Virus record (IMG/VR): IMGVR_UViG_3300033463_000070
Coordinates: 20,700-84,699 of that record
Reading direction: 5' to 3' (one strand)
Source of the DNA: a virus
Lineage: Duplodnaviria > Caudoviricetes
DNA: 64,000 bases
The translations under genes were made by a program, and so were the position numbers. A model generated the notes under the pieces. The model was not told the origin of the DNA, made no database searches, and saw only the letters and a list, made by a program, of their open reading frames with translations. Below, piece after piece: positions 63,361 to 64,000 of the stretch. Position 1 is the stretch's first letter; every line of letters starts with the position of its first letter.

Positions 63361-64000
63361 TCTAATATATAAAAATTTACTTTTTGAAAAAAATTTTTTT
63401 AAAAAAAATTTTGTATTTTTATTTTTGTGATATAAAATGATAAAAAGTGTTACTATGTGGGACAGTATAGGATGGGACTTTTTTCTTTTACCTCCCCCTA
63501 AAAACTTTTAAAAAAATATATTTATATATAGGTGTAAGTAAAGTGAAAAGTACCTAAAATGTCAAAAATATGTTACACATGGTATGATAATAATTGATTT
63601 TTGTATTACTATATTGAAAAAAAGAAAAAAAGAAAGGTTGAAATTTTGTTATTCCAATTTATCAAATTCATAATTAAGAAAGCGAGTAACTTTTTTTTAT
63701 GGAATTGTGTTGTGCTTTCTTGTTTATTTGTTTTATTTTTTGTGGTATTTAAGTTTTTTGGGTGGTATAACATTGTTATGAAAAGTAGGGATACTCTGTG
63801 ATTTTGCGGAATGACATTTTTTTTTGTATGTAAGTAAGAAAGAAATAAAAAAAGTTCCCCTTGTTGTGGGGGGGGTATGGAGATGATATTATGATTTTGA
63901 AGGGAGCATTTGCTCCCTTTCTTGACTTTGTTTGAGTTTATAATGAGTTTTTTGGAGAGGGAAAAGGTTGTGAAAATGTTAAAAATATGGAAACCCTCTC
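63361..64000. other. Long non-coding region, candidate replication origin/control region or genome end
   Basis: Largest gene-free stretch, next to the helicase start. Contains A/T tracts, TTTATATA at 63521, G/C runs and the inverted repeat AAGGGAGCA-tt-TGCTCCCTT at 63900-63919. Confidence 0.35.

Noticed and set aside
3461-63801. Opposite-strand or nested ORFs in the track (e.g. 3485-3676, 8080-8340, 19495-19695, 25511-25774, 34578-34922, 61814-62167, 63601-63801)
   Set aside because: Shadows of real genes with no RBS or recognisable motifs and atypical composition.
19689-64000. CRISPR or TIGR-like repeat array associated with the Cas4-like or IS110-like proteins
   Set aside because: Every intergenic gap I read is either a short ORF or a promoter/terminator, and no periodic repeats were seen. 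An array outside the window cannot be excluded.
1-64000. Alternative genetic code (stop-codon reassignment)
   Set aside because: Standard translation gives very long intact ORFs and near-complete coding density, and all three stop codons end genes.

Overview
A very AT-rich, densely coded 64 kb segment that reads as part of a large tailed virus of methanogenic archaea (Methanobacteriales/Methanobrevibacter-like host inferred). The host inference rests on an HMfA/B-type histone, GGTGA ribosome-binding sites, BRE-TTTATATA promoters, archaeal-type ThyA, NrdD and ERCC4, and DUF11-like adhesin repeats. Layout: (1) 1-19491 (+): very large tail/baseplate/adhesin-like proteins and a holin-like gene. 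(2) 19488-36516 (-): histone, rubrerythrin, NrdD, dUTPase, a RuvC-less IS110-derived protein, ERCC4 nuclease, AEP primase, Cas4-like nuclease, ThyA, a bacterial family-C DnaE split into two genes and flanked by GIY-YIG endonucleases, an AAA ATPase and a putative SSB. (3) Two + strand genes at 36598-37429. (4) 37503-63360 (-): about 60 small early-type genes, an NMP kinase, an RNA ligase, RNase H and an SF3 helicase. (5) A non-coding tail at 63361-64000. Most notable: the chimeric replisome (split DnaE + AEP primase + SF3 helicase) in an apparently archaeal virus, the nuclease-less IS110/Tas-like protein, the viral histone, an expanded paralog family among the small ORFs, and strong GATC avoidance. 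All family assignments come from motif recognition by eye; no database search was run. No capsid, portal, large terminase, integrase, tRNA or CRISPR array was recognised.
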